The position numbers and the translations under genes are program-made. Source: Phyllobates terribilis (taxonomy: Eukaryota). From it: 64,000 nucleotides of DNA. How positions within the stretch are numbered: the stretch's first letter is position 1; each line of letters opens with the position of its first letter. Below are positions 11,909 to 22,790 of this stretch, piece after piece. A model generated the notes under the pieces. It saw nothing but the letters and a program-made list of their open reading frames with translations. It was not told the origin of the DNA and did not search any database. The stretch spans positions 90,768,001 to 90,832,000 of the forward strand of contig NW_027362762.1 in NCBI RefSeq assembly GCF_046119375.1, written 5' to 3'.

Positions 11909-13543
11909 ATTGCCCAAAGTACATAAGGGAGTCAGCCCACCCCCTATGAGGCCCATCATCTCGGGCATAGGATCGGTCACTGAACGATTAAGTGAGTGGG
12001 TTGACTCGCTTTTGCAACCATTATCACAACGAACAGCTGGTTTTCTCAAAGATACTGGAGATGTATTGGGACAACTGTCTAATATAGTTTGGAGACAAGA
12101 TTTTGCATGGATTGCTTGTGACGCAACGGCATTATATACCTCAATCCCCCGAGAAATTGCAGTGGAAGCACTCTCATATCATACAGTGATTATACGGAAG
12201 ACCTATGTACATTTATTTTACAAGTGGTCAATTTTCTTATGACATGTAATTATTTTTCTTTTGATGGCCAATATTATTTACAATCTAGAGGCGTGTCAAT
12301 GGGTGCTAAACACTCTCCATCATTAGCCAATCTAGTTATGGCCTATTGGGAGGAAGTTTATCTTTACAGTGCTGATAATCCTTTCACCAAACACCTGGTT
12401 TGGTATGGCAGGTACATAGATGACCTACTGTTCGTTTGGTCGTGCGATGTGTCTGCCATACCCGACTTTGTGCAATATTTAGATGTCAATCATTGCAATC
12501 TGACATTTACGCATAGGGTTGAAATTTCTGCCATTTCATTTCTGGATTTGAATTTGCGGGGCATCCCAGATCGACACATATTGACTAGTACTTACTGTAA
12601 ACCACAGTCTGGAAATACTATTTTGCATGCAAGTAGTAGTCATCCACCCCATACTATCAAAGCATTACCTGTGGGTGAATTTACACGTGTTGCAAGGAAC
12701 TGCCATGATGAAAACACTCTATCTACAGAACGTACACATACATGGTCCAAACTTTCAGAAAGGGGGTATCCTAAATGGACCCTGAATAGAGCCAAACATA
12801 TAATCAAACACAAGAGACACCAAAATTTGGGACCACATATTGTTCACAATAATTCTAATAGACTAGTCCTGTCATTGCAGTATAGCCCTCAGTTTAATAT
12901 AATCAAATCTATTTTTTTCAAACACATATCCATTTTGTATGAGGATGCAACTTTACCTAAAATTTTACAATCCAATTGCTCTGTAGTAGCAAGGAGAGGT
13001 GTCACTATTGGTAACATCGTTTCACCGTCTTTTTTCTCCTCTAATAATTTAAAAAGTAATACTTGGCTAAATTACTCTGGTTTCTATAAGTGCGGCCAAA
13101 ATAGATGTCAGACATGCAAATATACATCAGCTACTAAAGAATTTTTCAATTATAACCACACAGAAACTTTCAAAATCAAAGGACACATAAATTGTAACAG
13201 CACGAATGTGGTTTATATAATTCTATGCAAAATTTGTGATCTTATATATGTTGGTTGCACAACAAGAAATCTTAAAGTTCGCATTTCAGAACATTTAACT
13301 GATATATCTTCTCTTTCTAGTACCAACCGTAATATTTCACATGCCTCTAGGCATTTTATTCAATTTCACCAGAGATCGTGCAGTTCTCTACAGGTCATTG
13401 GTATAGAGAGGGTTAAACCTGCACATCGAGGAGGAGATTCCAGACACCGTTTACTCACCAGAGAAGCATTCTGGATTTACAACCTTGGATCCCGCTTCCC
13501 AGACGGACTCAATGCACGCCGTGAAATCATGTTTCATTATTGA
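11909..13543 (+). pseudogene. Penelope-like RT + Cys-rich linker + GIY-YIG endonuclease, one frameshift near 12180
   Basis: LPKVHK…MRPIISG, GVSMGAKHSPSLANL, YGRYIDD, CGQNRCQTC, NVVYIILCKICDLIYVGCTTRNLKVRISEH. Confidence 0.93.
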
Positions 13544-13774
13544 TTCTACTTCATGTTTCTGTCAGTTTATTTTATCTATTTCATGTAACACTCTATGTTA
13601 AAATGAATTTTAACTCTTTTCTTGTTCTTTCTCTCTATAATGGTTTTATTGCTTTTTCCATTTTATGTGATTGGCTCACACTAATTATGCACCCTATTCA
13701 CACTCTCATGTGACCAAGTATATCGATCTGATTGGTTGTTATTGGATATAATACTATAGTGTGTCATATGCATG

Positions 13775-13820
13775 TCAGCTTTGACAAAGAACACATCTCT
13801 GTGTTCGAAACGCGTTGCGT
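13775..13820 (+). ncRNA. Minimal type I hammerhead-like motif with U3-A8 core variant
   Basis: TTGACAA-A-GAACAC/ATCTCT/GTGTTC-GAAA-CGCGT; palindromic ACGCGT in place of helix III. Confidence 0.6.
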
Positions 13821-14003
13821 TTTTTCCATGTGAGATTCCCCGAAATTTTTAAACTGCGTGGATTTGCTTCAATAAATATTTGCACTTTTGGAAGCTGGTT
13901 TCTTCAACTTTTTTTCATGCAAACACGTGAGGCCACACGTACCCGTGCTTCCTTCCAAAGCCTACAGCAATCAGGTGAGCTGAATCTACTTTCCTCTTTT
14001 TTC

Positions 14004-14362
14004 ATTTTAAAAAATACATGTACAATTGACAATATCCTTTATATTGCCCACTTGGTGATGAAGACAAATAATTGGTTACTGAAAGAACTTTAAGAACTAA
14101 AAACAAGAGATAGGAGTATAAAGTTGCTCATTGATGTTCACAGCTGTTTTCAAAGGAAAGACTTGATAAAGGGAAAGATCACATGGCTACAGCAATTGGA
14201 GCGGTTCCATGGAAGAACTATATGGGACGCGTATGGCAGTGAAGAAGAGTTCATAGTCTGCAGACTCAGCTATCTAAACAGCACAACATCAACATTCACT
14301 TGCACAGAGCCATCTTGCCCCAACCCTTCAATTCTGAGAACTGCAAACAGCATTGAAATTTG
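14004..14362 (+). pseudogene. Continuation of the MULE ORF after the Penelope insertion; cysteine-protease-like segment
   Basis: Removing 4283-14013 gives in-frame RRKVILK|NTCTIDNILYIAHL…WDAYGSEEEF. Ends at splice donor TG|GTAAGT; one TAA at 14091. Confidence 0.75.
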
Positions 14363-14519
14363 GTAAGTAGAGGTGATTTAAAACACAGTTTTGTTGCGGT
14401 ATTTGAAGGAAATCTTTTTAGTTTTCAATGGCACAATTCCTTTTTACTATATAAATTCCAAGTATGTTAAAATTTTGCAAAAAAATAAAAAAATTACAAT
14501 ATTGCTTTTTGGTGTTTGT

Positions 14520-15060
14520 TTTCACCCCTTTAGGCTCTTCGACATATCCATACGTCCAGGATAGCTGGTACTTACTGACCTTGGACGTACAGATACGTCA
14601 TGGAGATTTTGCTTGCACAGAGGATGTGCGCGCTCAATCGCTGCCGGGTATCAGCTGATTCTGACAGCTGACACCCGGCACTTAGTGCCAGGAGTGGAGC
14701 ACACACCGCTCCCAGGATTTTAACCCCCTAAATACTGGTGAAATTGATTTCGATCGCAGCATTTAACATACATGCAGAGAGAGGGGGCCCCGTCTGCTCT
14801 CCAATTGGTGCCCCCGCGATGTCATTGCGAGGAGCCGATCGTTGCTATGGTATGGAAATCGGATGTCATCATGACGACATCCAGGTCACCAGAGCTAGCA
14901 AACCTGCTACATCATGCTCAGAGCATGGTGTAGCAAGTTTGTGTGTCAGTGCAGGGCTGACAGTTTATAAAGCATTGCAATGCTCCTACATCCCTATACT
15001 TTATAAGCAATCAAACTGCAAAAAGTGAAAGTCTCATAGTGGGACAAAGTAAAAAAAAAT
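14520..15060. mobile_element. Non-autonomous piggyBac-like fragment
   Basis: Degenerate TTAACCCCTT-type terminus followed by GACGTACAGATACGTC; recognition only. Confidence 0.45.
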
Positions 15061-15101
15061 TGAAAATAGAAAAAAATATAAAGATAATAAATATATACAT
15101 G

Positions 15102-15103
<2 letters not shown>

Positions 15104-15140
<37 letters not shown>
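15104..15140. repeat. (TA)n microsatellite
   Basis: Direct reading. Confidence 0.95.
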
Positions 15141-15143
<3 letters not shown>

Positions 15144-15218
15144 TCCATAAATTAAATAGTTTTTTGAAAAAAAATGAACAAAAAAAAATAAAATAAAAAA
15201 ATTAACAAAAAAAAAAAA

Positions 15219-15455
15219 GTGGTTAGCACTGCAGCCTTGCAGCGCTGAGTTTCTGGGTTCAAATCCCACCAAGGACAACATCTGCAAGGAGTTTGTATAT
15301 TCTTCCAGTGTTTGTGTGGGTTTCCTCCGGGTTCTCCTGTTTCCTCCCACACTCCATAGACATACTGATAGGGAATCTAGATTGTGAGCCCCAATGGGGA
15401 CAGCGATGATAATGTCTGTAAAGCATTGTGGAATTAATGGCGTTATATGTGAGGA
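15219..15455 (+). mobile_element. tRNA-derived SINE with V-SINE-like core
   Basis: GTGGTTAGCACTG…GGGTTCAAATCCC (B-box-like), then GTGGGTTTCCTCCGGGT.CTCC.GTTTCCTCCCAC. Confidence 0.7.
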
Positions 15456-16142
15456 AAATATATATATATTTACTTAATTTATTTACTGATTATTCCTTCA
15501 TGCATTTTGCCATCTTTCCTTTTGTCTGGTCCTTAAACCTTGCATGGATTCCTCGTACTGTTCTTTTTTATGTTTTTATCTGTTTTTCTATAAATTTTTC
15601 TTTGCATTTATATTAGGTTTTAGTAATTCTTCTCGTGCTAGAGTCTTTATGATCTGATGCATGTGACCTGTATTTACCTGTGGGACTATATCGCTAATAT
15701 CACATTTAAGACATTTACAAGGTGATTTACGCCAGAATTCTGCCATAATAGCTTTCAGAAATTGGGGCCATTGTGCTGGGTTTGAAACTAACTTACTTAA
15801 AATAGTGTATGGATGTAAGTTTTCTTAAAGCATTACTTTAAATCAAATTTATGAACAAAAAAATAAAATCAAGAGTTGAGCATCACAAATTATTCAAGGT
15901 TACACTGCCTGTGCAAAAAAAGTATGTAAGACAAGATTCCAAACAAGAATAAGTTGTATTCAACATTATGCCTTATTGTAGTTTGGTTGTGGATTTGGGT
16001 GACAAATAAAATTGTGGATTCTCCTAGTAACACCCAAATTATTTGTAGAAAAAAAATGAATTTCCTCTTTGACCTCAACATTGATTTATTTGAAATATAA
16101 ATAATAATTTATTGTATATAATTACTTATTCTAATTTCTTAG

Positions 16143-16220
16143 CTGTGAAAAGTTCAGTAATCATCAAGCCACAATTAATGCATGGACGTCGGGTTTTCAA
16201 AATGACTGCAACAGAAAACG
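16143..16220 (+). other. Candidate exon of the MULE gene
   Basis: Pyrimidine tract + AG acceptor, 78 nt, phase 2-2, open frame CEKFSNHQATINAWTSGFQNDCNRK; weak GTTAAT donor. Confidence 0.45.
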
Positions 16221-16726
16221 GTTAATTTTTCCTAAAGTATAAACTAGCATGCTTGATATGAAATAATGTTTCAACATACAGGAGAAATATTTCATAAACT
16301 ATTTCTACACTGAATAGTACACCCCTTAAGGATTCAGTTATTGTAAAATTGGTGATCAGAAATTTCTTCATTTTTTTTCATTTCTGCTTCACAATATTTA
16401 CTTTTTTCCACTTTTATTTTTACAGCATTGATCACCCAATCTTATAGATGGCTGCTTTTTCTACTATACCAACACTAAATATTACCTTTATGTAAATATA
16501 AAGCTGTCCTGTGTTGGATAAAAGTAAAATAGGACCTTTTTAGAGCATGTACAGTATGTAGGTGAAGATTGCAATACCTGAATAACTTACAAATTTACAC
16601 TTGTTTATATTACATTTTTATTTGAAATCCCCTTTTAATATTCCACATAATCATTCCTTTGCAGCCATTAAAAAATTACTTTTTTTTTCATGTATACAAT
16701 AAATAGCTTTATTGATTTTCTAACAG

Positions 16727-16894
16727 AAGCAACAAAGATTCCTGTAAAGGAAAACGAATATGCTTAGGAAAAGAATTTAAGAATGGATCTCCCGGTCTTC
16801 TTTTTGTAAACATTGTTGGTGACCCAACTTGCAAGCTGAAACCTCCTCGGAGTCCAGAAACACTTCCTTCAACCATTACATTTATACAAATAAG
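16727..16894 (+). other. Candidate exon of the MULE gene
   Basis: TTTTCTAACAG acceptor, 168 nt, phase 2-2, open frame SNKDSCKGKRICLGKEFKNGSPGLLFVNIV…PETLPSTITF; AG|GTAAAT donor. Confidence 0.5.
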
Positions 16895-18371
16895 GTAAAT
16901 AATATATAGGTTCTACATTCATGACAACAACAATGACTGCTAATGTGAAAAGTAGCAAGATAAAGATTGGATCCTGTTTGGTTACATCAAGAAAGATTAC
17001 TTTCATACCACATAATTGGATTTAAACTTTTTTTTCCAATTTTAAAAGGTTATACCTTTATTGGCATTTTCAAAAATGTGAAGGTTTAGTACACATAAAC
17101 TATCAATCTGTTGAAATAAAATGCTGTATGGTGCTCACTATGGGTCAAACTATATATTGAGGTCCAGACATTTTTAGATGCATTCAGTGAGATACAATAA
17201 AAAGCCATGCTTTTTTTTAGAGATAAAGTTCTCTTAAATCATTAATTCTGGATGCATCAGATAACAGCAAAATCACATATTGTAAGATGCCATACTGTGT
17301 CCTCCATACAGGTATTACAATATTTAATATTTTTAAAATTACATGTTTTCAAAACCTATGTTTGTCATATGTACAGTGGTATTCTTGGTGGTGCTTGGAT
17401 AAACCTCGAGCATTTCAGTGCTCGAATGTGTTCGGTACTCAATGAGTACAGACAGCTAATAAACATGCAAGGACCGCCAATAAACATGGAGGGATTGGCT
17501 GCCAATACAGTAATGCTGTAGCCATGTTGACTACTGGAATTACTGTGATTGGGTGGCCGCATCACACATGTGATGCTCGGTACGAGCAGTTCAGGGAGAG
17601 TTATGTTGGAGGGAAAGCTTAGATTAGAGCAGGGATATAGCTATTTATTAAATAAATAAAAGAAAAAAAGACAAGGGGTCCCCACCATTTTTGATTACCA
17701 GCTAAGGCAAAGCAGACAGCTGCGGGCTGATTTATTAGCTATCAGCTGTCTCCTTTGCCTTAACTGGCTATCAAAAATGGGGGGAACCCAAAATAGTTTT
17801 TTTCATTTATTTATTAGGCTAAACAAATACATTTAAAAAAAGATTTGGGGTTCCTCCCTGTTTTTGATAACCAGCTAAGGAAAGCAGAAAGCAGAGCGCT
17901 GATATTATTAGGCTGGAAAAGTTCATGGCCATTTGGCCTTTCACAGACTAAAAATACCAGCCCGCAGACACTCCAGAACCAGCATATCACATTAGATGCG
18001 CCAGATCTGGCACCCTATCTCACTTCTTCCTGATGCCCTGGTGCGGTGGTAATGGAGTAATGGTAGTTGGGGTTGATGACAGATGTGATTTGTGAAAGAT
18101 CACAGTTGCTATCAAGCCTATTCATAGTATAATCAATTAATTCATTTGATTAGTTGGAGTAAAACTACAGCATCCCATTCATTGTTCAACATGCATAATG
18201 CTATATATTTGTTTGGCCTGATTTTCAGTAACTAATAGAGTAACAAAGATTTGTACAGAGCTGAACCAATGAAACAGTTAATATGATGCTGTAATGAGAT
18301 GCTATGAGAAAAACCTCGGCACTCAGTATAGTTATTATGGAACCAATATTTTCATTTTAAATGCAGTCCAG

Positions 18372-18412
18372 GAAAACAAACGTTTCGGCCGACATGGCCT
18401 TCATCAGTGCAA
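18372..18412 (-). ncRNA. Minimal type I hammerhead ribozyme motif, canonical core
   Basis: Minus strand GCA-CTGATGA-A-GGCC/ATGTC/GGCC-GAAA-CGTT-TGT; palindromic AACGTT. Confidence 0.75.
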
Positions 18413-18432
18413 TCCGACCCCTGTGAAGATCA

Positions 18433-18630
18433 AGGATGGGAGGGGGAAGAGGCTGGATTCCGTATCTCAAGAGGTGAGGGACAGTTGGACCTGCCATATG
18501 AGGGTGTGGGGCTGGAACGCAGTATCCACCGCTAGTTCATGTGCCTACCCCACACCCTAATCTGGTAGGTGACACAGGTCCAACTGACCCTCACCTCTTG
18601 AGACACGGAGTCCAGCCTCTTACCCATCCT
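18433..18630. repeat. ~200-bp imperfect foldback next to the hammerhead
   Basis: GGCTGGATTCCGTATCTCAAGAGGTGAGGGACAGTTGGACCTG is mirrored by CAGGTCCAACTGACCCTCACCTCTTGAGACACGGAGTCCAGCC. Confidence 0.9.
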
Positions 18631-19329
18631 ATCCCTGATGACGTGAGTGGAGACCAAGACAGTGGATAGCGTGATCCGGAGTTCAGACAAGATAAAGCAG
18701 TAGAAGGTCTGAGTGTTGAGAACAAAGACGGGTCATGTAACAGGACGCCCAATGGTACCGCCATAAGTGAGATAGGTAACAGGCCAAGAAGGAACAGCCG
18801 CTGGCTAGTGATGAGCAAACAAGAACTGTAAAGTTTGAGGTTAGTACCTGATGAACTCGAAAAACACAGATTTCTCATGGAAGTCTGTTGTACAGTTCAG
18901 TTTCGGATGCCGAATAAAGTAGCACAGCCAATCAACAAGCTTTTTGGCTGTGGGCACTTCCAGAGCCATCACAGCCATGCCAATGCCATAGCAATCTTAA
19001 AATGGCTGGGTAGTTCCAAAGACTACAATTCTTTGGACACAGTAATTTTATGTGACACATGCTTGTGTAAGGCGGGGACGGCACACCAGAAGTAGTTGTA
19101 GCTGAAGACCAAGTACCGAGGGATAACTGCCACCGGGAGGTTATGGAAAGCTTACATGCCCTAAAATTTACGGCATGAGAAACTAATCGGCATGAGAAAA
19201 TAATCGCAGATGTGAGCTGTACCTTAGAGTAACATTCAGCCAAGTGCAATGCGATTTTTTATGAGATGGCACTAGCCCCATTACATCACAAGTGGGAGCA
19301 AGCTCTAAGGCTGAAATAAAATAAAATAC

Positions 19330-20179
19330 GCAGTGTAAAATCTTAAAAAAAGCTAGTAAATACGCACCTCATTATCCCCTATGGGATAACGCAAGTGCTG
19401 TGCACATGCTGCCTATTTTTATGCAGCAGAAACGCTTTGTGTAAAAATACGCAGCATGTTCATTATTTCGTCGTTTGCACAGCGTAATCGCCGCCATAGA
19501 CTTGTATTGGAATGCTTAATATACGCATGGCTACATGCCCATGATGAGCATATTGAGCGTTCAATGTGCGGATGGTACCCGGGTCTGGAGGAGAGGAGAC
19601 TTTCCTCCAGGCCCAGGTGCCATTTACCTGTAGTAAAAAAAGAATTAAAATAAAAAAATGAATATTCTCACCTACCGCCAGCGCGATCTCCCGTCCTCAA
19701 ACCTTGTACAGTCTTTTCTGTAGTGGTGAAGGACCTGTGATGACGCGTGACCTGTCACATGAACAGCTGACGTCCTCACAGGTCCTTCACCACTACAGAA
19801 GACTGCACGAGGATCGCGGACGGGAGATCGCACCGGCAGAGGGTGAGAATAATGATTTTTTTAAATTATTTTTTACATTCTATCTTTTACTATTGATGCA
19901 GCATATGCAGCATCAATAGTAAAAGTTGGTCACACTTGTCAAGCACTATGCTTGACAAGTATGACCAACCTGTCAGCACTTGTCAATCACTTTTCCAAGT
20001 GATGCTAGCATCACTTAGAAAAGCGCTTGACATTACGCATGAAAAGTAAACATGAAAGAAAATGCTTGATTTAGGCGGGAAAAACGCATGCAAATTACGC
20101 ATGCGTTTTTCCCGCCAGGGAGATGCAGAAATTGAAGCAGAAAATGTCTGCTTCATTTCTGCAACGTGGGCACATAGCC
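19330..20179. mobile_element. Harbinger/PIF-like MITE, same family as 40162-40974
   Basis: Right terminus CGTGGGCACATAGCC-TTA; shared internal GATGGTACCCGG.TCTGGAGGAGAG segment. Left end uncertain. Confidence 0.65.
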
Positions 20180-21069
20180 TTAGGCTGAGTTTCGGAGGAG
20201 CACCAAGGTGGCAGAAACGGGAGCATTAAGCAGGCTGTCATAGTAAACTGTCAGTGATCGTGTCAGAGATCGCAGATGGAAGCTGGCATTCCATTTAAAT
20301 GCTGATTGTCAGAGATTGACAGAAGTTAAATGGTTAACAGCAGCTGCTGTAGCTCATTACTGGCTGTTAGAAACAGATATTTAATATATTCCATATCTCC
20401 GTGTAGAGAGAGCCCTGCTCCTGACCCCATTCCACATGCCATCATCCCTGCAATCATGTACATGTATGTGATGTTGTGTTACGGGGTTAAATGGAGCTTC
20501 ATTCAAATTATTACATTGGAATAGCAATTTCCAGCTCACACATAAAACGCAGTATGAGCCAGGAAGTCACATGACTCGAAAGACAACCAGAGCCATACTG
20601 AAAACCTGGGGAAGATGTCATTTGGTGAAAAATTAAATAAAAAAAATTAATGGGAGTGTTTCTTTAAGGAAGCTACCAAAATAATATTTATGTCTCTGTA
20701 TAGATTTACAAGGTAAATGCAGTTGGTGTACTTATTGCTGTGCCTCAACATGAAATAGACTTAAAGAAGCCATGTGAATAAACCCTTATGTGAGTTCACA
20801 ATTATTATGTATTTAATAATTATTTTTTTTTAAAAGGTACAACACTGTAGCAGTCACCTACAACACAGGAAATCATGTTCCGCCCAGGTGACGGCGTAAA
20901 ACTTGTGACTCCAAAATTCTTGAAAACTGTTTTAAAACCTGGCGTTACACCCGTATATATTATTTTTGTGAGACAAAATGGCGATAAACTCGATAACTAA
21001 GAAGAAATATTAGTTTGTTAAAATAAAAGTTCTCTGCACATGTGGTTGTTGTTTTATTTACAAAATGAT

Positions 21070-21345
21070 CATAACTTTGTATTTAGATTTGAGAGTCCTC
21101 AGTGGTTGATACCTTTTGATGGCTAACTGAAAAGATGGTAACAAATTGCAGCTTTTTAGACTACACATGTCTCTTCATCAGGCATAGTACAACATAAAAT
21201 CTGAAGAGTCACATATGTATACACAATAGGACACAGAAATAACGCAATGGATGAGACAAGTGTGAAGCAGAACTTTGAGTATAGGAGAAGAGATAAACAG
21301 CCATGGCCGTAAATATTGGAGCAATTCATAGATAAGTGTGAAAGT
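21070..21345 (-). mobile_element. Non-autonomous Penelope-type repeat with degenerate hammerhead; same family as 34390-34790
   Basis: Minus strand ATGC-CTGATGA-AGAGAC…GTCT-AAAAAGCTGCAA (GAAA lost); flanks align to 34520-34770. Confidence 0.75.
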
Positions 21346-21356
21346 TTTATTGTCCT

Positions 21357-21800
21357 GTGATGCCCAGAACCCATTTGGGCCAGACTGGAGTGACCTGAAT
21401 TTGATGTAGGCCATCACTATGTATGAAATATTTGTGTGAGATCAGTGGCCCAAAGTCATTTAAACCCTGAAAAACACCAGTTACTTATTCAAATCTGTGA
21501 AAAGTGGCTATTTGCCCACTTTGATGCCCAGAACCCTTTTGGGCCATGCTGGAGTGACTTTAATTTGATGTGGTCCATCACTATGTATGAAATACTGGTA
21601 TGAGATCAGTGACCCAAAGTCATTTAACCAATGAAAAACACCAGCTACTTATTCAAATCTGTGAAAAGTGGCTGTTTGCCCGCTTTGATGCCCAGAACCC
21701 ATTTGGGCCAGGTTGGAGTGACCTGAATATTATGTGAGCCATCACTATGTATGTAGTGGTGGTGTGAGATTAGTGGCTCAAAGTCATTTAACCCTTTCAG
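21357..21800. repeat. Right terminal-inverted-repeat array (164-bp unit)
   Basis: Reverse complement of the array at 1-520. Confidence 0.93.
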
Positions 21801-22529
21801 TAACGCCCTTCAGTGCCCACTTTGATGCCCATTTTTATGCCAGTTTTATGACATGGAGCTGCTTTTAAGCGTTTTCACATCAGGGCACCTCGCTGCAATA
21901 TATTCTTTCATTTATTTATCTATTTTTTGTAATTAAACCTGTAGAAAACAGCAAAACAGAAATTGCTGAATAAGAAACCAACTCAGCCCCGAATAAAAAA
22001 CCAACTTCAGCATCGTGCCTAACACTCCCTGTATGACATTACATAGCCAGATCTTTAGGAATAATATTTCTAGAGTCAGTTGATGATATGTAAATAAAGG
22101 CGTTGACTGTCATGAGAAATAATGATGAGGATTATATGCAGGGGCGACCCCGCGCGCCAGGGGCTCCTTGCTTTTGGAAAGGGCCTGATTTGGTCTCTGA
22201 GGGTCTCATCTCCGGCCATTTTATCACTCAAGTCTTATGGAGAATGTGGACTCAGTTCACACTAGTTTTGTTGCTTTCTGCCCTTGATTTTGGGCTAGAT
22301 GTGACCTGAGGCTGGGGTGGGTGTTTTTTTTACACCCTGGAACCATTTTTTTCTATTTGGAAAAATTTTACTTCTGAATCAAACGGTCCCCCACAGGGGC
22401 GTGTGATACATAGGCCGACTACTCTGGGGACACTAACGCCCCCATGGCTCATTCTGGGAGCGCAGGGTCTCGATAGCATTTCATGTCCATTCATTACTGT
22501 TATTATTTCTCGTGACTTATTCTTGTCAT

Positions 22530-22790
22530 TTTGGCACCACCCGGCCGCCGAGGGCTCAGCATCCCATTCCCAACCTCCTTCCCTTTGCGCAGCCCAGAGA
22601 AAATGGCGACTAGAGCGGTACGCAGGAGTATATATAGCCTTCGGAGCACGTGGTACACTAGCGGTCACGAGGTACGCTGCTGCTCACGTGGTGCCGTAAC
22701 GTCACTACGCGCTGATCACATGACTGTGATGCCATCAGAGCGCGCCGGTGTTTCTGTAATGCGCTGATCTGTCTCTCCGGTGGATCATGT
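22530..22790 (+). promoter_or_regulatory. CpG-rich housekeeping-type promoter
   Basis: High CpG density, YY1-type AAAATGGCG (22600-22608), CACGTG E-boxes (22647, 22685), directly upstream of the MED17 ATG. Confidence 0.6.

Larger units (their letters stand above)
4283..14003 (+). mobile_element. Penelope-like retroelement (Neptune-type), 5'-truncated, split by the LTR element
   Basis: Target duplication ATTTTAAAAA at 4273-4282 and 14004-14013. RT + GIY-YIG ORF. The 3' pseudo-LTR region has a hammerhead-like motif, AATAAA and CAG|GTGAG. Confidence 0.9.
1..21891 (+). mobile_element. NOF/Rehavkus-type Mutator-superfamily (MULE) DNA transposon, decayed, with nested insertions; left end lies outside the window
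   Basis: Inverted 164-bp tandem arrays at 1-520 and 21357-21800 (1-164 is the reverse complement of ~21480-21643). They enclose a transposase pseudogene with LDATG / DFSWA / CxxH / TNSIAEN motifs. The right end at 21891 (…CAGGGCACCTC) is a guess. Confidence 0.8.

Noticed and set aside
15219-15275. tRNA gene
   Set aside because: Only A/B-box-like remnants, followed by a SINE core; no cloverleaf.
22531-22767. Upstream ORF (…KMATRAVRR…) as a separate gene
   Set aside because: No recognisable similarity; the ATG coincides with a YY1-type promoter motif.
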